Origin: an uncultured Acidobacteriota bacterium
GTDB lineage: Bacteria; Acidobacteriota; Thermoanaerobaculia; Multivoradales; SZUA-115
Length of the DNA: 64,000 bases
Direction: 5' to 3'
NCBI GenBank assembly: GCA_963805975.1
Contig: CAWDVR010000005.1
Span: 654,156-718,155, forward strand
Under the pieces are notes generated by a model. It made no database searches, was not told where the DNA came from, and saw only the letters and a program-made list of their open reading frames with translations. The translations under genes were made by a program, and so were the position numbers. The first letter of the stretch is position 1, and every line of letters starts with the position of its first letter. Of the stretch, positions 31,653-41,512 are shown one piece after another.

Positions 31653-31728
31653 GAAAAGCCTCCGGTTTGCAGAGAGCATTGACACCCCCGCACCGCAACA
31701 GAACGGGCCAGGATGGCCGAAGCCGAGC

Positions 31729-32784
31729 CTAGAACAGCGGCGGTTGGGCGCTTTCCTCGTCGCGCGCTTCCTCGCTCGCCTCACGCCTGTCGGTGCCGCT
31801 CTCGTCTTCTCCCGGCAGCGCCGGCTCCGCCGTCAGCCCGTCGAGGTAGAGATAACGGCCGAAGCCCTTGAGGAACTGCAGGCCGGTGCCGCGCTCGCGG
31901 GCGATCTTGAGCTGGTTGAGCTTGGCGTCGAGGTCGTCCACGAAGTGCAGCACCACGGCCTCGGCGGTCATCGGCTCGACCACGGCCGCGAACTCCCGCT
32001 TGCCTTGGTGCGAGAGCACGAGGTGCTCGAGCTGGAGCCGGAGGTCGGCCGGGAAGTCGGGGATCGCCGCCGTGCGCTCGAGCAGCAGGTCACGGCCGAG
32101 GACGACGTGGCCCACCAGGCGGCCCTCGACGGTGTAGTCGTTCACCGGGAAGCCGCCCAGCTCGCGGATCTTTCCCAGGTCGTGGAAGAGCACTCCCAGG
32201 AGGAGCAGGTCGCGGTCCAGCTCGCGGTAGTGCGCGGCGACGGCCTCCGCCAGCTCCGCCATCGACACCACGTGCTCGAGCAGGCCGCCGCGGTAGGCGT
32301 GGTGCATGGACTTGGCGGCCGGGTGCTTGCGCAGGGCCTCGCCGTAGAGCTCCAGGGTCTCGCTCGCCAGGCGGGCGAGCAGCGGTCGCTCGATGCCCTC
32401 GCAGAGCACTCGCTCGAGCCGGCGCCAGAGCTCGTCCACGTCCTCGCGCGTGGACGGGATGAGCAGCGATTCGTCGAAACCGAAGCGCCGATCCTCTTCC
32501 GTCGCCTGGCGACAGTCGTCGATCGAGAGCTGCAGCGCGTCGCGGTACAGCTTGACCGATCCCTTGAACGCGACGAAGTTGTAGGCCTCGAATTGACCCT
32601 CGAGGGCCGGGCTGTCGCTCCAGATCTTGGCCACCATGCTGCCGCTGGTGTCGGCCAGCTCGAGGTCCATATAGGAGCGGTTGTTGCGGTCCTGGCGCAC
32701 CTCTTTGCGCGTCAGGAGGGCAAATCCCTGCACTTGGTCCCCGGCCTGCCAGGTGGAGATCGGCTGGTTCTTGCGTGTGGGCAT
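31729..32784 (-). CDS. YhaM-family OB-fold/HD 3'-5' exoribonuclease
   Basis: LADTSG..AKIW, HHAYRGGLLEH, LFHDLGK, SHQG, DDLDAK. Confidence 0.9.
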   Translation of the reverse strand: MPTRKNQPISTWQAGDQVQGFALLTRKEVRQDRNNRSYMDLELADTSGSMVAKIWSDSPALEGQFEAYNFVAFKGSVKLYRDALQLSIDDCRQATEEDRRFGFDESLLIPSTREDVDELWRRLERVLCEGIERPLLARLASETLELYGEALRKHPAAKSMHHAYRGGLLEHVVSMAELAEAVAAHYRELDRDLLLLGVLFHDLGKIRELGGFPVNDYTVEGRLVGHVVLGRDLLLERTAAIPDFPADLRLQLEHLVLSHQGKREFAAVVEPMTAEAVVLHFVDDLDAKLNQLKIARERGTGLQFLKGFGRYLYLDGLTAEPALPGEDESGTDRREASEEARDEESAQPPLF

Positions 32785-32902
32785 GGTCGTCGGCCGCGTG
32801 GTCCCGTCGGCCGGCGCCGGGAGACGGAGGGCAGGGGCTGCGGCGAATAGTATGGCGGGATGGGCACGGGCGCCAAGGCGAGGACCGGCGAGCCCTCTCC
32901 GC

Positions 32903-32918
32903 TGGCACTGGGCATGCA
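32903..32918 (+). promoter_or_regulatory. Candidate sigma-54 promoter of paralog 3
   Basis: TGGCACTGGGCATGCA = GG-N10-GC; predicted +1 is a few nt before ATG 32932. Confidence 0.6.
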
Positions 32919-32931
32919 GGCTGCCGGCGCC

Positions 32932-35577
32932 ATGACGTCGCCCCCCCACTCGACCGCCGCGTTCCTGCCCATCCTCCTGCTGACCGGCCTCGCCTGGGCC
33001 GCGACCTCGTCGCCGGCTCGCGCGGAAGAGACGGGGCCTTGGCCCGAGGCCGAGCGGAGCTTCTACTACGACGGCGCGGGCTGGCTGCTCGATGCGGGAA
33101 CGCGGGAGAAGCTCCTCACGGTGGACGCCGCGAGCCGGGCGGCCTCGATCGGGGCCTTCCTGGGCCGGGACCCGATCCCCGAGACGGCGGGCAACGAGCT
33201 CCAGGAAGGCATCCGGCGCCGCCTCGAGCTGGCGCGCTCGCTGTTCCTGTCCCCGGCCGACATCCGCTACCAGATCCTGTTCCTCAATGGCCCACCCGCC
33301 GAGCGCCTGGTCATCGACTGCGGCGAGGCCTACAAGCCGCTCGAGGTCTGGAGCTACACGGTGGCTTCGGCCTCAGGCGCGCGGGGCGTGGAGGCGCAGG
33401 AGGATTCCGGGGCCGAGCCCGAGGATGGGGAGGTCAAGGGCCGCTCCCTGCGCCGGCGCTCGCGGTGGTCGGAGGGGCCGATGCTGGTGCTCTTCCGCCC
33501 CACGCCGCTCGATCCGTACCAGCTCTGGCGCCCGCACGACGGCAAGAAGGTGCTCTACACCTCGCAGATGCAGTACCTGCTCGACCAGTACGAGGAGCTG
33601 CGCAACCTGATCGTCGGCATGCGGTTCGACCTCCAGTCGTGCAAGGAGGCGCGCAAGGTCGACCGCGCGACGGGGGTCGAGGGCCTCACCGGGTTCCTGC
33701 GCGGCCGCCCCACCGCGCCGGCCATCGACGCTTTCGTGGCGCCGCCCGAGGATCTCGCGACCTGGGCGCGCGAGGCCGCCCTCACCCCGCTGCCGCCGAG
33801 CGACAAGGCGGCGCTCGCCGCCTCCGCGCTCGACGTCCAGTTCCCGAACCTGGCGGGCGACCGCATGCTGACGCGGCTGGTGGTGACCGTGCCGGCGGGA
33901 GACCCGATCGTCCCCAACGCCGACGGCGATCTCGAGCTGATGGTCGAGGGTGTGCTGTCGAGCGAAGGCCGGGTGCTGGCCCAGACGCGGGTGCGTTTCG
34001 AGCTCGAGCCGGCGGAGGCCGGCCAGCCGTTGCAGCTGGCCATCGACGAGCTCTTGCGCCCCGGCCAACCGGTGGCGGCCCACTTCAAGGTCTGGGACGC
34101 GACGAGCGGTGCCACGGCCTGGGTGGCGGGTGGCTTCCGGGTGCCCCGCAGCCCGGTGGCCGAGGATGCCGTGGTGGGCTACCAGGGAGCCGTGGCCCAG
34201 GGCCAGAAGCTCGCCGAGGAGGCCGCCTCGGTGGCGCGCGACAGCCTGATGCTGGCGCCGCCGCTCGAAGGCCAGGTGGTGCTCGGGCTCTGGCGCTCGA
34301 TCGCGCTGGTCACCGGGACGGGGATCAAGAAGGTGATCTTCAAGCTGGATGGCGTGCCGCAAGTCACGCGCGTCGGCGCGCCGTGGGATGTCGAGCTGCG
34401 CCTGTCGACCTACCCACGCGAGCAGATCGTGAGCGCCGAGGGCTACGACGCGGCCGGCAAGCTGTTGGCCGTCGACGAGGTGATCCTCAACCAGCCGCGC
34501 GGCGCCTTCCGGGTGCGGATCGTCGAGCCGCGGCGAGGTGCCAAGCTCGCGGGCGAGGTCACGGCCCGCGCCGAGGTCGTGGTGCCGGACGAGCGGGAAG
34601 TGACCAAGGTGGAGTTCAAGGTGGGAGACGAGATCGTCGCCACGCTCGAGAAGCCGCCCTGGACGGCCGTGGTCCGGGCGCCGGCCACGGGCGAGACCGC
34701 CTACGTCTCAGCGACCGCCTACCTCGACGACGGCCGCCAGAGCGAGGACGTGCGCTTCCTCAACGCGCCCGCCTACGTCGAAGAGGTGGACGTCCGCCTG
34801 GTGGAGCTCTACACCACGGTCGCGGACCGCAATGGCCGGGTCGAGCCCGGTCTCACCGAGGCCGACTTCGAGGTGTTCGAGGACGGCCGGCGCCAGCAGA
34901 TCTCGAAGTTCGAGCTGGTCGAGAACCTGCCGCTGATCCTGGGCATCACCATCGACACCTCGGGCTCGATGTCGTCCGCGCTCACCGAGGCGCAGGCGGC
35001 CGCCCGCGCCTTCCTCGAAGAGGTGGTGCGGCCGGAAGACCACTGTTTCGTCGTCGCCTTCTCCGGCAAGCCGACCTTGGTGATGCCGCCCACCGACGAC
35101 GAGAGCGCCTGCTCGCTGGGCCTCGAAGGCTTGCAGGCGGTGGGCGCCACCGCGCTCCACGACGCGGTGGTCACCAGCCTCTACTACATGCGCGAGCTCG
35201 AAGGGCAGCGCGCGCTGGTGCTGCTCTCCGACGGCGACGACACCTCGAGCGGCATCGGTTGGAACGATGCGCTCGAGTACGCCAAACGGAGCGGTGTGGT
35301 GATCTTCCCCGTGGGTCTCGACGTGGGCGCCGCCGACCTGCGGGTGCGCGGCAAGCTGGGCGACCTGGCGCGGGAGACCGGCGGCCGGGTGTTCTACATC
35401 GACCGCGCCCGCGAGCTCGCGAGCATCTACGCCGAGATCGAGAACGAGTTGCGCAGCCGCTACCTCATCGCCTACGCCCCCGACCGCAGCGACGAGTCGG
35501 GCGCCTTCCGCGTGATCGAGGTCCGGGTGAAAAAGGACGGCTTGAAAGCGCGCACCCTCCGTGGCTACTATCGGTGA
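32932..35577 (+). CDS. Secreted GWxTD-like/Ig-like x2/VWA protein, paralog 3 (most divergent)
   Basis: Signal peptide from ATG 32932; RDPIPET..NE, LFLNGPP, DTSGS MIDAS, LSDG, ends GYYR. Confidence 0.82.
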   Translation: MTSPPHSTAAFLPILLLTGLAWAATSSPARAEETGPWPEAERSFYYDGAGWLLDAGTREKLLTVDAASRAASIGAFLGRDPIPETAGNELQEGIRRRLELARSLFLSPADIRYQILFLNGPPAERLVIDCGEAYKPLEVWSYTVASASGARGVEAQEDSGAEPEDGEVKGRSLRRRSRWSEGPMLVLFRPTPLDPYQLWRPHDGKKVLYTSQMQYLLDQYEELRNLIVGMRFDLQSCKEARKVDRATGVEGLTGFLRGRPTAPAIDAFVAPPEDLATWAREAALTPLPPSDKAALAASALDVQFPNLAGDRMLTRLVVTVPAGDPIVPNADGDLELMVEGVLSSEGRVLAQTRVRFELEPAEAGQPLQLAIDELLRPGQPVAAHFKVWDATSGATAWVAGGFRVPRSPVAEDAVVGYQGAVAQGQKLAEEAASVARDSLMLAPPLEGQVVLGLWRSIALVTGTGIKKVIFKLDGVPQVTRVGAPWDVELRLSTYPREQIVSAEGYDAAGKLLAVDEVILNQPRGAFRVRIVEPRRGAKLAGEVTARAEVVVPDEREVTKVEFKVGDEIVATLEKPPWTAVVRAPATGETAYVSATAYLDDGRQSEDVRFLNAPAYVEEVDVRLVELYTTVADRNGRVEPGLTEADFEVFEDGRRQQISKFELVENLPLILGITIDTSGSMSSALTEAQAAARAFLEEVVRPEDHCFVVAFSGKPTLVMPPTDDESACSLGLEGLQAVGATALHDAVVTSLYYMRELEGQRALVLLSDGDDTSSGIGWNDALEYAKRSGVVIFPVGLDVGAADLRVRGKLGDLARETGGRVFYIDRARELASIYAEIENELRSRYLIAYAPDRSDESGAFRVIEVRVKKDGLKARTLRGYYR

Positions 35578-35597
35578 CAAGGACGGGCCCAACCAAG

Positions 35598-36260
35598 ATG
35601 CCTCTACGAGCTGCAGCCACCGCCTTCGCCATCGTTCTCTTCCTCGCCACCTCCGCCTTCGCCGCGGAGACCGGGATCTTCGAGCTCGGCTCGATCAACA
35701 AGAAGTACGACCATCTGACCTCGGACCTGGCGCCGGTCGAGACCGGCGGCGTCAAGGTCGAGCTCTCTTCGCCGCGCAACGAGCTCTCCCTGCTCTCCAA
35801 CCGCATGGTGCTGCGGCCGCTGGGGCAGGGGAGCTACGATCTCGCCCTGCAGATCGAGTTCGGCGGCAGCGGCTCGCTGATCGCCGATCTCGACGTGTCG
35901 GGCGCCAAGTCGCGCCTGACCGACGAGCTGACCGTGCCGCCCCAGCGCCGCACGGTGCTCGCCAAGATCAAGATCGCACGCTCGCGCTCCGGCTACCTCA
36001 TCACCCCCACCGAGCTGCCGAAAGCCTTCGAGGTGGAGATCGAGAGCCGGCTCGGCTCGCAGCTCGTTGCCGCGTGCAAGCCGCTCGGCCTCCTCATGCC
36101 GCTCGATTGCGGGAGCCTGGAGCGCGCCTTCACCCTGGTCTCGATCCCCATGCCCGCGCTGGGCGAGACCTACCTGTTCGAGGGCGATCGCCTGGCGGAA
36201 GGCGAGCGGCGTGACCTCGACGCCTACCTGAAGCGCACCGGCGCCACGTTCCTGGACTGA
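35598..36260 (+). CDS. Secreted hypothetical protein
   Basis: Signal peptide MPLRAAATAFAIVLFLATSAFA; beta-rich; C-terminal part of the 32775 ORF frame. Confidence 0.7.
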   Translation: MPLRAAATAFAIVLFLATSAFAAETGIFELGSINKKYDHLTSDLAPVETGGVKVELSSPRNELSLLSNRMVLRPLGQGSYDLALQIEFGGSGSLIADLDVSGAKSRLTDELTVPPQRRTVLAKIKIARSRSGYLITPTELPKAFEVEIESRLGSQLVAACKPLGLLMPLDCGSLERAFTLVSIPMPALGETYLFEGDRLAEGERRDLDAYLKRTGATFLD

Positions 36261-36283
36261 CCCGGCTCCTCTTCCTGCCCGTC

Positions 36284-36312
36284 TGTCATCCTCCGCTGCG
36301 CTCAGGATGACA
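36284..36312. repeat. Short REP-like palindrome (same family as 41788-41902)
   Basis: TGTCATCCT...CGCTGCGCTCAGGATGACA. Confidence 0.75.
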
Positions 36313-39300
36313 CTGGGAGGATTTCTCCCCCTTCCACCGCCTCCGGCCAGGTCAGGCCCTCCTGGGTCGCCAGGTTCACGATCTCCTGGTGCTCGCGAAC
36401 CTGGAAGAAAAAGGAATGCCTCTCCCTGGGCTCGAGGCAGTCCGCCTTGGCCAGGAGCAGCCGATACGCCTGGCGCAGGTGCGGCAGGGCGCCGCGCGGC
36501 CGGTTGGCGCGGTGCGCGAGCCAGGAAAGCGCCTGGTAGTGGCGTAGCTCGCCGATCTCCCGCCGCTCGAAGTGCAGCCTTGCTCCCAGCAGCTTGGTGA
36601 TCTCGGCGGCCAGGCTCTCGACCTTCTCCTCGTCCACCGCCGCGATCGCCAGCTCGATCCAGGCCGCGAGATCCAGCATCACCGCCTCGGGATCCTTGGC
36701 CCGGCGGTGCGCCGCCACGGCCTCGGGGAAGGCCCGTCCGGCCTCGCTCCACTGCCGCTTCAGGAAGAGCACGGTCGCGATCAGGCGCTCGGCATCGCCC
36801 AGGGCAGTGTTGAGCGCGCTCAGCATGCAGAGATCGAAATGGGCGCGGCGGGCCTCCTCGAGCGCGCTGTCCGGGTGCTTCAGGTGGAGGTGGTTCTCGG
36901 CCACCGCCAGGCGGGCGATGGCCGCGCCGGCAGGGTCCTCGCCCGCCTCCCGCAAGGCCAGGGCGCGCCGCAAGGGCGCGGCGGCGGCAGTGTAGTCCCC
37001 CAGGCGGGAGAGGGCCTTGCCGATGCCGAGCAGGGCGAACCCGATCTCGGCCTTGTCGCCGGCCGCCGCGAGCAGGCCCTCGGCCTCGCGGTAGTGCGCC
37101 AGGGCGTCGGGATACCGGCCTTCGAGCAGAGCGATCCGGCCGAGCGCGGAGAGCGAGGCGCCCACGGCCTTCGACGGATCGAGACGGCGGCGGACGGCGA
37201 GCGCTCGTTGGTGCAGCTCGAGTCCGTCGCGCAACCGGTGCTGGTGCACGGCGACGTTGCCGAGGAGGAAGAGGCAGCTCGCGGCGAGCCACGAGACATG
37301 GGCCGAGGCCAGGTGCGGCAAGACGCGCTCCAGCAGCTCGCGCGCTTCCTCCTGGCGCTCCTGGCGGATCAGCAGGCGGGCGAGGTGGAGGGCCAGCACC
37401 GCGCCGGCCCGCTGGTCGCCCCCTCCGATCGTGGTCAGCGCCTGGCGCAGGGTCGCTTCCGCCTCCGGCAGCCGGCCTTCCTGCTCCTCGAGCTCGGCAC
37501 CGAGGCCGGCGAGCGCCAGGCTCTTCTTGGTGTCGCCCCCGGCCAGCCCGCGGGCCAGTCTCAGCTCGCCCGCGAGATCCCGCAGGCGACCGAGCTTCTT
37601 GGCGAGAGGAAGGAGGTGCCAGAGGATCAGCAGCTCCCGCTGCGGCTGGGCGCCGGGCGCGCCGCCGGTCCGGGCGCGCTGCTCCTCGAGCTCGGCGGCG
37701 AGGGCCTCGTAGAGCGCGTCCGGCGGCGTCTGGCCCTCGCGGATCGCTTCCAGGAGCACCGGGAGCCTCTGGGTCGCGGCGGCGAGGAGCCGGTAGCGCC
37801 GCCAGGCGGTCCGTGGTGCTGCCGGTAGCGCGGTGCCGACCGCGGCACGGAGGCGGCTCTCCTCCTCGGCCGGGAGCGTGGTGCGCAGCGCCGCGGCGAA
37901 GGCCGGGCAGGTGATCCCGAGGCCCTCGCCCCAGGGCGTGGGCACCGATTCGGCCCAGCCCGCCGCCACCCACGTCCCCGGCCAGCCCGCCGCAGGGTCC
38001 TCCCCACCGGCTGCGGCCAGGATCGCGGGGGGCAACGGGGCCTGGGCGCTGGCGAGGAGGCGTGCCGCCCACGGCGCCCCCAGGCGGCAGGCCTCGGCCT
38101 CGGCGTGCTGCACCAGCCGCTCCGACGGATGGTAGGGCACCGCATCGCTCGCGCCGAAGAAGAAGCTGCCGTGGACCTGGCGGATCAGTCCCAGGGGAAG
38201 GAGCGCCGCGAGCCCTTCCTCGAGGGCGAAGGGGTTGCCCTGGGCGGTCTCCAACAGGCGCTCCCGCACGGTGGCCGGGAGGGAGAGGCCGGCTGCGAGC
38301 TGGGTGAGCGTGGTCTCCGCGGCGGCGGCAGGCAGCGGGCCCACGCGGAGGACGGCGGGGGAGAACGCGGCGAGGGAGGCCGGCGCCGAGCGCCCGGCGG
38401 CCAGCAGGCGGAAGCCGCCCCCGGAGCCGGCCGCTCCTCCGGAGCAGGCCGCGCCGGCGAGCCGCTCGAGACCGGCGAGATCCGCGGGCGATAGGGCCTC
38501 CAGGTCGTCCACCACCACGGCGGGCGGCCTGCCGGTCCGTCGGCCGAGCTGGGTGAGAAGGCCGGGCAGAGCGGATGCCAGGCCCTCGTCGTCCATCCCG
38601 AGCTCGCCCAAGCCCTGGAAGTCCGTGCCCGTGGCAGCGCCGGCGGCCAGCGTGCGGAGCAGGAGCTGGGCGGCGAGGCTCGGTCCCGCGTGCCGTGCGG
38701 GGCGCAGCCTCACCCACAAGGGAGGGACCTTGGCTCCGGCCAGCGCTTCCCAGAGCGCCCGGGTCTTGCCGCAGCCGGCCGCGCCGGTGACCACCAGCAG
38801 CGGCGCCGGTGAGGCCAGGGCGCGGTCCAGGTCCGGCCGGCGGACGTAGGGAAGACGGCGCCGCAAGAGCTCCGGGCTGCGAAACGGAGGGGCCTCGGCA
38901 TCCTCGCCGAGAGCCTGGAGCAACGGCACCCGCAAGCCACTGGGTCCCTGGTAGGCGCCGGCCGGGCGCAGCTTGCGGCGGATCTCCAGGCGTGCCGCGG
39001 CATGGGTGGTGAGGTGGATCCTGCCCGCTTCGAGCGTCGGTGCCTGCCGCTCCGTCTCTTCGAGGACGGGGTTGGCCGCGACGGTGCCCGACGGCATCTC
39101 CACCTGGCCGGGGAAGACGAGGAGGCGCAGGCCACCGTGCGCGGTGCCCTCCTCCGAGGCCGTCAGCAGCTCGGACGCCACCGCCAGGGCGGTCTCGAAG
39201 ACCGCCGGATCGCCGGCCTCCGGCAGCACCGCGCAGAGGTTCGGCCGCGTCCAGACGACCCCCGGCCGCTCTCTCAGGGCCTGTCGCTTCCTGGCCAGGG

Positions 39301-39385
39301 TCTCTGCCCGGCCGTGCTCCTCCCAGACCCGGACCAGGGCGGCCGGGAGGAGGAGTCGCGGCTCGTGGCGGGGCTGCTCTGCCAT
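36302..39385 (-). CDS. STAND-like P-loop NTPase with C-terminal TPR repeats
   Basis: GAAGCGKT, VVVVDDLE, GNPFALEE, long TPR array. Confidence 0.8.
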   Translation of the reverse strand: MAEQPRHEPRLLLPAALVRVWEEHGRAETLARKRQALRERPGVVWTRPNLCAVLPEAGDPAVFETALAVASELLTASEEGTAHGGLRLLVFPGQVEMPSGTVAANPVLEETERQAPTLEAGRIHLTTHAAARLEIRRKLRPAGAYQGPSGLRVPLLQALGEDAEAPPFRSPELLRRRLPYVRRPDLDRALASPAPLLVVTGAAGCGKTRALWEALAGAKVPPLWVRLRPARHAGPSLAAQLLLRTLAAGAATGTDFQGLGELGMDDEGLASALPGLLTQLGRRTGRPPAVVVDDLEALSPADLAGLERLAGAACSGGAAGSGGGFRLLAAGRSAPASLAAFSPAVLRVGPLPAAAAETTLTQLAAGLSLPATVRERLLETAQGNPFALEEGLAALLPLGLIRQVHGSFFFGASDAVPYHPSERLVQHAEAEACRLGAPWAARLLASAQAPLPPAILAAAGGEDPAAGWPGTWVAAGWAESVPTPWGEGLGITCPAFAAALRTTLPAEEESRLRAAVGTALPAAPRTAWRRYRLLAAATQRLPVLLEAIREGQTPPDALYEALAAELEEQRARTGGAPGAQPQRELLILWHLLPLAKKLGRLRDLAGELRLARGLAGGDTKKSLALAGLGAELEEQEGRLPEAEATLRQALTTIGGGDQRAGAVLALHLARLLIRQERQEEARELLERVLPHLASAHVSWLAASCLFLLGNVAVHQHRLRDGLELHQRALAVRRRLDPSKAVGASLSALGRIALLEGRYPDALAHYREAEGLLAAAGDKAEIGFALLGIGKALSRLGDYTAAAAPLRRALALREAGEDPAGAAIARLAVAENHLHLKHPDSALEEARRAHFDLCMLSALNTALGDAERLIATVLFLKRQWSEAGRAFPEAVAAHRRAKDPEAVMLDLAAWIELAIAAVDEEKVESLAAEITKLLGARLHFERREIGELRHYQALSWLAHRANRPRGALPHLRQAYRLLLAKADCLEPRERHSFFFQVREHQEIVNLATQEGLTWPEAVEGGEILPVSS

Positions 39386-39578
39386 GGTGGTCGGGCCCTC
39401 TCCTGCCTTCCAGGCCCCTGCCAGGGCTTGCGTAGTGTGAGAAGTGCGATAGGCTAAGGGCCGGCCTGGAGCTCGAGGGCCGACCACCCTAGTCGAATCG
39501 CACCTCGTTCCCAACTTCAGAGTCGCCGTCCGGACGGCCACTCTGCTTCAAGCAAGAACGCGTCGGAGGAAAGCAAAC

Positions 39579-40127
39579 ATGCGCTCTCGCCGCCTAATGA
39601 ATCGACTCTACTATTTCACCATTGAGGATGAAAGCATTCTCGCTGAGGCCTTCTCTAAGCTCGAGGACGACGTCTACGCCATCACTTACAAGGTGACCGG
39701 CACGGATGACGTTTTCGTCACCACCCGCGAGACCAAGGACGCCATGGATCGCAACGACGTCTCCTACAACCTCCTGGCGGAGGAGGACGCGTCGCGGATC
39801 TCGATCTACCATTCGCCTCTCTCGCGCGAAGAGCTGTCGGACTACGAAGACGCGATCCGCGCCCTCGCCCTGGCGCACCGTGCCATCGCGCTCGCCTGCG
39901 TCGGCGTCAACGGCGAGACCAACCTCGGCTTCGACCTCTCCGAGGGCCCCAAGCAGTACACCTACTTCTCGGCGCCCGGCGGCCACACCTTCATCTGGCG
40001 GCTGTTCTTCGAGCGCGACGACGCCCAGAGCTTCCTCGAGCGCTGGACCTTCGGCGAGAAGCGGGCCCTGGAGTGGGCTGCCTCGATCCCGCTGGTCTCG
40101 GCAAGCGAGCTGCGGTCCTATCATTGA
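39579..40127 (+). CDS. Hypothetical acidic protein, translationally coupled to xseA
   Basis: GGAGG RBS, typical codon bias, TTGA overlap with xseA. Confidence 0.75.
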   Translation: MRSRRLMNRLYYFTIEDESILAEAFSKLEDDVYAITYKVTGTDDVFVTTRETKDAMDRNDVSYNLLAEEDASRISIYHSPLSREELSDYEDAIRALALAHRAIALACVGVNGETNLGFDLSEGPKQYTYFSAPGGHTFIWRLFFERDDAQSFLERWTFGEKRALEWAASIPLVSASELRSYH

Positions 40128-41512
40128 CGTACGCGGCGGCGGAATTCACTCACTCCGTCTCTGAGCTCTGCGAGGAGATTCACACTCTCCTCGCAGAGTC
40201 CTTTCCGTCGGCCTGGGTGGCGGGGGAGGTGCAGCGGGTCCGCCGCAGCCAGCGCGGGCACCTGTACTTCGAGCTCGCCGAGAAGGGCGCCGGCGACGAG
40301 ATCGCCGCCAAGCTCGATGCCGTGATCTGGCGGACGGACCTCGAGCGCATCAGCCGATTGCTCGCCGCCTCCGGCCAATCGATCTCCGAGGGTGTCGACC
40401 TGCGCTGCCGGGCGGCGGTGGACTTCTATCCACCCGGCGGCCGGCTGCAGCTCGTGGTGCGGGAAGTGGACCCGCTGGCGAGCCTGGGCCTGCTCGAGCG
40501 ACGCCGCCGGCAGACGCTGGCGGAGCTCGCCGCGGCCGGCGTCCTCGACCAGAACCGCGGCCTCTCACTGCCCGACCTGCCGCTCGAGATCGCCCTCGTC
40601 ACCTCGCAGGGCAGCGCCGCCTACCACGACTTTCTCACCACCCTTGGCGAGAGCGGCTACGGCTTTCGCGTGCTCTTCGTCCACGCCTCGGTCCAGGGCA
40701 AGAGCGCGGAGCGCGAGATCGCCTCGGCGCTGGCCTCGTTGGCCGGCGCCGGCGTGGCCTGCGCGGTGCTGATCCGCGGCGGCGGCTCGCGCTCCGACCT
40801 CGCGGTCTTCGACAGCCGCGAGGTGGCCTTCGCCGTGGCCCGGGCCCCCTTCCCGGTGCTGACCGGGCTGGGGCACGAGATCGACCAGGCGATCACCGAT
40901 CGCGTGGCCCACACCGCGGCCAGGACTCCCACCAAGGCCGCCGAGCTGCTGGTGGAGCTCGTGGGCCGTGCCGAGCGCCGGCTCTCGGAGCTCCAAGGCG
41001 GCTTGAGGTCCGCGGCCCTTCTGCCCCTCGACCGCGGCCGGCACCGGCTGGCCCTCGCCGAGCACGCCGTGACGCGGGCCCGGCATCGCCTGGAGCATGC
41101 AGGCGCGCGCCTGGCGGAGATCCATCGTTGCCTGGGCCGCGCCGGCCTCGTCCTGCTCTCCACCGCGGCCCATCGCCGGAGGGCCCTCTCCGAGCGCCTG
41201 CGGCTGGCTTCTCCCCGGCTTCTCGAGCGCCGGGCGGACGAGCCCCGGCAGGTGGGGGCACGGCTCGCGGCCGCCTCGCGCGGCCAGCTCCGCACCGCGT
41301 CGCGCACTCTCGCCGGGCTCGAGCGCCTGTGCACCGAGCTGGGCCCCGGCCGCACCCTGCGGCGCGGCTTCACCATCACTCGCACGGCGGCCGGTGCGCT
41401 GGTACGCTCGCCGGCGGCCACGGTGGCGGGCGAACGCATCCTGACCGAGACAGCCGGCGGGCCGGTCGCCAGCCGCGTCGAGGCATTTCCGGTGGAGGTT
41501 TCCCCGGCATGA
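40124..41512 (+). CDS. xseA: Exodeoxyribonuclease VII large subunit
   Basis: WVAGEV, GHLYF, IRGGGS, GLGHEID, TPTKAA. Confidence 0.95.
   Translation: MTYAAAEFTHSVSELCEEIHTLLAESFPSAWVAGEVQRVRRSQRGHLYFELAEKGAGDEIAAKLDAVIWRTDLERISRLLAASGQSISEGVDLRCRAAVDFYPPGGRLQLVVREVDPLASLGLLERRRRQTLAELAAAGVLDQNRGLSLPDLPLEIALVTSQGSAAYHDFLTTLGESGYGFRVLFVHASVQGKSAEREIASALASLAGAGVACAVLIRGGGSRSDLAVFDSREVAFAVARAPFPVLTGLGHEIDQAITDRVAHTAARTPTKAAELLVELVGRAERRLSELQGGLRSAALLPLDRGRHRLALAEHAVTRARHRLEHAGARLAEIHRCLGRAGLVLLSTAAHRRRALSERLRLASPRLLERRADEPRQVGARLAAASRGQLRTASRTLAGLERLCTELGPGRTLRRGFTITRTAAGALVRSPAATVAGERILTETAGGPVASRVEAFPVEVSPA

Noticed and set aside
30250-31700. TA islet as an integron cassette array
   Set aside because: No RYYYAAC...GTTRRRY attC structures seen between genes, and no IntI
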